From an uncultured Methylomirabilota bacterium (GTDB lineage Bacteria; Methylomirabilota; Methylomirabilia; Methylomirabilales; 2-02-FULL-66-22), in assembly GCA_963705305.1 (NCBI GenBank), contig OY970067.1:704001-768000 (forward strand): a DNA stretch of 64,000 nt, read 5' to 3'. Below the pieces are notes generated by a model. It was not told where the DNA came from. It did no database searches and saw only the letters and a list, made by a program, of their open reading frames with translations. Numbering within the stretch: the stretch's first letter is position 1; each line of letters starts with the position of its first letter. The translations under genes and the position numbers were made by a program. Shown here in pieces: positions 59,955 to 64,000 of the stretch.

Positions 59955-61241
59955 TCACTTGGCCACCCCCATGAGGAGGTTGGGAATGAACATGACGAGC
60001 GGCGGGTAGAAGGTGATGAGGAAGAGCACCGCGATCAGGGCCAGGACCATTGGCCACACCTCGCTCGCAAACTCCCTCATGGTGACCTTCGAGATGTTGA
60101 GCACGACGTACATGACCGTGCCGACGGGCGGGGTGATCGTGCCGATCATAAGGTTCAGCACGTAGAACACCCCGAAGTGCACCCGATCGATGCCCAGCTT
60201 ATCAATGGTGGGCAGGAACAGGGGCGTGAACAGCAATAGGAGGGCTGTCGTCTCCATGATGCAGCCGAGGAACAGGAAGAGGACATTGATGAAGATCAAG
60301 GCGACCACGCGATTGGCATAGAAAGGCTGGAACACGCTCTGGAGCGTTTCCCCGACATCTTCCCGCGTGAAGATGAACTGCAGCACATTGGCCGCCGCCA
60401 CAATGAACAGCACCACCGCCGTGCTGGTCACGATCCGTGTCGAGATGGCCAGGAGATCTTTAAGGGTGATCTCCTTGTAGACGAAGAAGCCGACAAAGAG
60501 GCCGTACAAGGCCGCAACCCCCGCCGCCTCGGTCGGGGTGAAGATCCCGCTGAGAATCCCGCCGATGATCAGCACCGGCATGAACAGAGCCCAGGAGGCA
60601 TCCTTGAGGGCGAGGAAGACCTGCCGGAGTGTCGACCGCTGATGGCGCGGATACCCGCGGCGGCGGCTCACGATGTAGACCGTGGCCATCAGGAATAGCC
60701 CCATCAGGACCCCGGGAATGACGCCCCCCAGAAAGAGGCGCCCCACGGAGGTGGAGGCAATGAAGCCGTAGAGCACGAAGGCGATGCTGGGGGGAATGAT
60801 GGGCCCAATCGTCCCTGCGGCGCTGACGATGGCAGTGGCAAACGGCTTGTCGAATCGCTCCTGTACCATGGCGGGGATGAGAACGCGTCCGGTCCCCGCC
60901 GCATCGGCCAAGGCGCTGCCGGACATGCCGGCCATGATCATATTGGCGACCACCGTCACGTGCCCCAGGCCGCCCGTGATGTGTCCCACCACGGTGGACG
61001 CCAAGCTGACGAGCCGGCGGGTCACCCCGCCGGTGTTCATCGTCTCTCCGGCCGCGATGAAGAAGGGAACCGCCAGGAGCGGGAAGGACTCGACGCCATT
61101 CGTCATCTTCTCGGCGATGGCGTACAGGGGAACGTGCTGCTGGACCAGGTAGATGACCGCAGGGACCAAAAGAGAGTAGGCAACGGGCACCCCAACCAGG
61201 AACGCGATCAGCATAACCGCGATAATGGTGAGGGTGGCCAT
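59955..61241 (-). CDS. dctM: TRAP large permease DctM
   Basis: LLAVPFFI, GMSGSALAD, IIPPSI, FTPTEA, ITPPVG. Confidence 0.93.
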   Translation of the reverse strand: MATLTIIAVMLIAFLVGVPVAYSLLVPAVIYLVQQHVPLYAIAEKMTNGVESFPLLAVPFFIAAGETMNTGGVTRRLVSLASTVVGHITGGLGHVTVVANMIMAGMSGSALADAAGTGRVLIPAMVQERFDKPFATAIVSAAGTIGPIIPPSIAFVLYGFIASTSVGRLFLGGVIPGVLMGLFLMATVYIVSRRRGYPRHQRSTLRQVFLALKDASWALFMPVLIIGGILSGIFTPTEAAGVAALYGLFVGFFVYKEITLKDLLAISTRIVTSTAVVLFIVAAANVLQFIFTREDVGETLQSVFQPFYANRVVALIFINVLFLFLGCIMETTALLLLFTPLFLPTIDKLGIDRVHFGVFYVLNLMIGTITPPVGTVMYVVLNISKVTMREFASEVWPMVLALIAVLFLITFYPPLVMFIPNLLMGVAK

Positions 61242-61251
61242 GCTCCATCCC

Positions 61252-61767
61252 CTATCGGTGCCGCAAGAGCGAGACCAGGTGCCGGGCGTTATGGATGAGC
61301 ATCAGGAATGCGGACACCGGGACCGCCGCGTAGATGTACATGGTGGGAATGCCGAGTGCAGTCGTCGTCACATCCTGCGTGACATCCACGAGCAGGCTGC
61401 CCTGCCACACCAGCATGGCCAGGACGGCCATCACCACCACGAGGGACGCACACTCCATGGTCCGAGCGAGTCTTCTCGGAACTAGGGTCACGACGATGTC
61501 GATGATGATGTGCTCCTTGTGCTTGGTCGCGATGCTGGCGCCCAGAAAGACGAGCCACACCAGGCACAGCAGGACGACTTCTTCCGTCCACGCCAAGGGC
61601 ATGTGGAGCACGTACCGGCAGAGGACGCTGAGGCCGATGGAGCCGAGCATCACGGCAAGCAGGATCGCCGTGAGGACCTCCTCGAGGTGGGTGAGCGCCC
61701 AGCGCCATGCGTGAGTTGGGGTTGCTGCGGGGAAAGCAGGTCCTTCGGATTCGGGAGGTCCATTCAT
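61252..61767 (-). CDS. dctQ: TRAP small permease DctQ
   Basis: RYVL..PLAWTEEV, FLGASI...EHI; four TM segments. Confidence 0.9.
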   Translation of the reverse strand: MNGPPESEGPAFPAATPTHAWRWALTHLEEVLTAILLAVMLGSIGLSVLCRYVLHMPLAWTEEVVLLCLVWLVFLGASIATKHKEHIIIDIVVTLVPRRLARTMECASLVVVMAVLAMLVWQGSLLVDVTQDVTTTALGIPTMYIYAAVPVSAFLMLIHNARHLVSLLRHR

Positions 61768-62082
61768 CCTGAGAGGTCCTTCCCCCCGGTCTTCAGGGTC
61801 CGAAATCTGGCGTGGAATCTAGCGGGGGGCGCCCCCAGCGTCAACACGCGAGCCTGCGCATGTCTGGTGACGTGGACCATTGCCGTGTGGCGCTTTCGCC
61901 TTTGAGCCCGGCCAGAGGGAGGTCAGAGAGGAGGAGGCAGACTGTGCGCCGCTCGCCCCCCCATCGGCCGTCGGGTCGCGGAAGAGAATTCGTCCCCCAA
62001 TCCGGCGGCCGGCGGAGAGCTCGTCAAGAGCCAGGACAATTGGGCCACAACCTCTCTCTTATGCCGGCACACTGTTAGAGCG

Positions 62083-62121
62083 GGAATTCGGCAAGGAGCA
62101 CAAGGAAGCGGCGTCCGCTAA
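62083..62121 (+). repeat. Degenerate copy of the Y1-element end
   Basis: 32/39 ungapped identity to 63089-63127. Confidence 0.65.
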
Positions 62122-62673
62122 CTACGACACCTGAGGCGGCCGAACCATGCCGAGCCAGAGGGGCCGCGCCAGTCCGCCGGCGTCCTCAAAGAAGTGGATG
62201 GCCCCCGGCGCGTGAAGCTTGGCGATCCAGACGACTTGCCCCAAGTGTTGTGAGAAGTGCTGGACGACGGTCAGAATAGCCTCGAATACGGTGACATCCC
62301 TGCCCTGGATGATGCGACGTTCGCACAGGCCCTCGGGTGTCACTGCGCTCAGGACTCTATCGGCTGCAGCCAGCACGCGCTCGAGTTCGGTAAGGAGTTC
62401 GGCGGCCGATGATCCCTCCCGAGCGGCGAACTCGGCGGCGCGGTTTCGCGAGTCGGGCGTGCCGCCCACACCGCTGATGACCCATTGGCGCACGTTCCCG
62501 ATCAGGTGAAGCAGCAGGTTGCCAACGCTGTTCGACGATTCGTTCGGTCGCCACCAGATCGTGCCGGCCGGCAGGACCTCCACCGCGCAACGAAGCTTCG
62601 TTCGGTACTCGGTTGCGAGATAGTAGCGAGAACGGCCCAGGAACAGCGACCCGAGCTCGAATGATTCCACCAT
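62122..62673 (-). CDS. DinB/DUF1572 family protein
   Basis: WWRPNESSNSVGNLLLHLIGNVRQW, RNRAAEF, HFSQHLGQ. Confidence 0.88.
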   Translation of the reverse strand: MVESFELGSLFLGRSRYYLATEYRTKLRCAVEVLPAGTIWWRPNESSNSVGNLLLHLIGNVRQWVISGVGGTPDSRNRAAEFAAREGSSAAELLTELERVLAAADRVLSAVTPEGLCERRIIQGRDVTVFEAILTVVQHFSQHLGQVVWIAKLHAPGAIHFFEDAGGLARPLWLGMVRPPQVS

Positions 62674-62715
62674 GGCTCTGGCTACCTCCGAGTATGAGCC
62701 CCCTCACGGAGCCAT

Positions 62716-63127
62716 CTAGGGGACGCCTAGGGGACGTTGCATTATCTGTCGAATCTCTTCACCGAAACCATCGCGGAATCTCGGCCTGCCAGCGAGACGT
62801 TTTTTGGGGACGTTGCTACGCTTAACGCGTTGCGCCCAGCAGGCGCTGCCGCTCGAGGGTGGCGGCGCCCTGCGCCCCAGTCCGAGACGCGTTCTGCGGG
62901 CGACGACGTCGGCCCGGCCGGTATCATCTCTGACTATGGCACGGCGCTCGACGCCGCGCACCGTCACGTGGTGGAGGATCCCGGGGGCATCCAGCCGGGG
63001 CCCCCGAGGCATGGGGACCCCTTATGCTGTGCCAGGAGGGCTGCCAATACATATCTTCATTATCCTACCTACGTCCTTCACTTCCGCAGGAATTCAGCAA
63101 GGATAATAAGGAAGCAACGTCCCCTAA
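62716..63127 (-). mobile_element. Internally deleted (MITE-like) derivative of a RAYT-like Y1 element
   Basis: First 39 codons from ATG 63012 match the 35458 transposase at 29/39 aa; ends TAGGGGACGTTGC (62728), GGGGACGTTGCT (62806) and AGCAACGTCCCCTA (63113). Confidence 0.75.
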
Positions 63128-63158
63128 ATCCTACGTGTCCACCCGTGCCGGGGATTCC

Positions 63159-63998
63159 TCACTTCGAGAATACCGGCTCCTCCTTGCTGATGACTTCCAG
63201 CAGGGCGGGGCGGCAGCGGTCGGCGACGGCCAGCGCTCGGTGGGCCGCGGGGATGATCTCCGCCGGTTTCTCCACCACCTCTGCCCACGCCCCCAGGCCT
63301 TCCGCTATCTTGCTGTAGCTCCCCGATAGGAAGCGAGTCCCATAGCGCTCCGTGGCGACCTTGAGATGCTTGTCGTAGCCGCCCAGGCACGAGTTGTTGA
63401 GGAGGACGGTCACGATGCCGATCTTGTTCCGGACCGCCGTCTCCAGGTCCATCCCGCATTGGCCGAAGGCGGCATCGCCCAGGACGTGCACGACGGTCGC
63501 CTCGGGCCGGGCCACCTTGGCGCCCATGGCAAGGGGCAGGCTGTAGCCCAGATGCGTTGAGCGCCCCCAGCCGAGGTAGCTGTTCGGCTCCACGGCGCTC
63601 CAGAAGGGCGTCATCTGGTCGCGCGGGTTCCCGGCGTCGTGCGTGACGACCATGTCGCGCCCCTGCACGGCCTCCTGGAGATCATGGACCACCCGGTACG
63701 GATTCACGGGCGTCTCGTCCGAGGTGAGCCTCGGCATCCACTCGGCCAGCCACGCCTCCTTGATCCCCCGGATCTGCTTCGCAACGCGGTCATTCCCCTT
63801 GCGGCCATCGGGGCCCAGGAGCCGCTTGGCTTCCTCGATCATCTGTCGCAGGGTGAGCTTCGCATCCCCCGTCAGGAGGTGCTGGGCCAGGTAGTCCTTG
63901 TTCAGATCGCGGTCGTCCACCGTGAGCTGGACCCCGACCTTTCCCCGGGGGATCGGCGCAGCAAAGGGGGAAATGGAGAGGCTGGCTCCGGCACCGAA
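63159..63998 (-). CDS. Thiamine pyrophosphate-dependent enzyme (acetolactate synthase-like), 5'-truncated by window edge
   Basis: THDAGNPRDQ, LGYSLPLAMGAK, GDAAFG...LLNN TPP-binding motif. Confidence 0.88.
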   Translation of the reverse strand, partial: FGAGASLSISPFAAPIPRGKVGVQLTVDDRDLNKDYLAQHLLTGDAKLTLRQMIEEAKRLLGPDGRKGNDRVAKQIRGIKEAWLAEWMPRLTSDETPVNPYRVVHDLQEAVQGRDMVVTHDAGNPRDQMTPFWSAVEPNSYLGWGRSTHLGYSLPLAMGAKVARPEATVVHVLGDAAFGQCGMDLETAVRNKIGIVTVLLNNSCLGGYDKHLKVATERYGTRFLSGSYSKIAEGLGAWAEVVEKPAEIIPAAHRALAVADRCRPALLEVISKEEPVFSK

Positions 63999-64000
63999 GA

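Noticed and set aside
62716..63127. Repeated GGGGACGTTGC as a CRISPR array or integron attC sites
   Set aside because: Copies are few, short, irregularly spaced and in both orientations; no cas or integrase gene in the window

Overview
High-GC bacterial chromosomal window dominated by solute uptake and catabolic modules. It holds two complete Liv-type ABC systems plus an orphan binding protein, two sugar ABC (CUT1) sets, two TRAP systems, one tripartite tricarboxylate (Tct) system and an MFS carrier, with three IclR and one GntR regulator. Enzymes include an SDR, a 4-oxalocrotonate tautomerase, two cupins, two Zn-dependent dehydrogenases, a lactonase, a URO-D-family protein and a TPP enzyme. 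It also carries ettA, a vapBC pair between two gene remnants, an ArnT/epimerase/GMC cluster and two tandem tungsten aldehyde oxidoreductase (AOR-family) modules. Mobile DNA: an intact IS1380 and a Y1/HUH (RAYT-like) transposase tightly bracketed by perfect 16-bp non-palindromic inverted repeats. An internally deleted relative of that element, extra degenerate ends and short tandem duplications at the ends also occur, and one pair of ends brackets a dinB-family gene. This Y1 end system is the strongest candidate for something undescribed. No rRNA, tRNA or CRISPR array was recognised. All product calls come from motif recognition by eye, without database searches.
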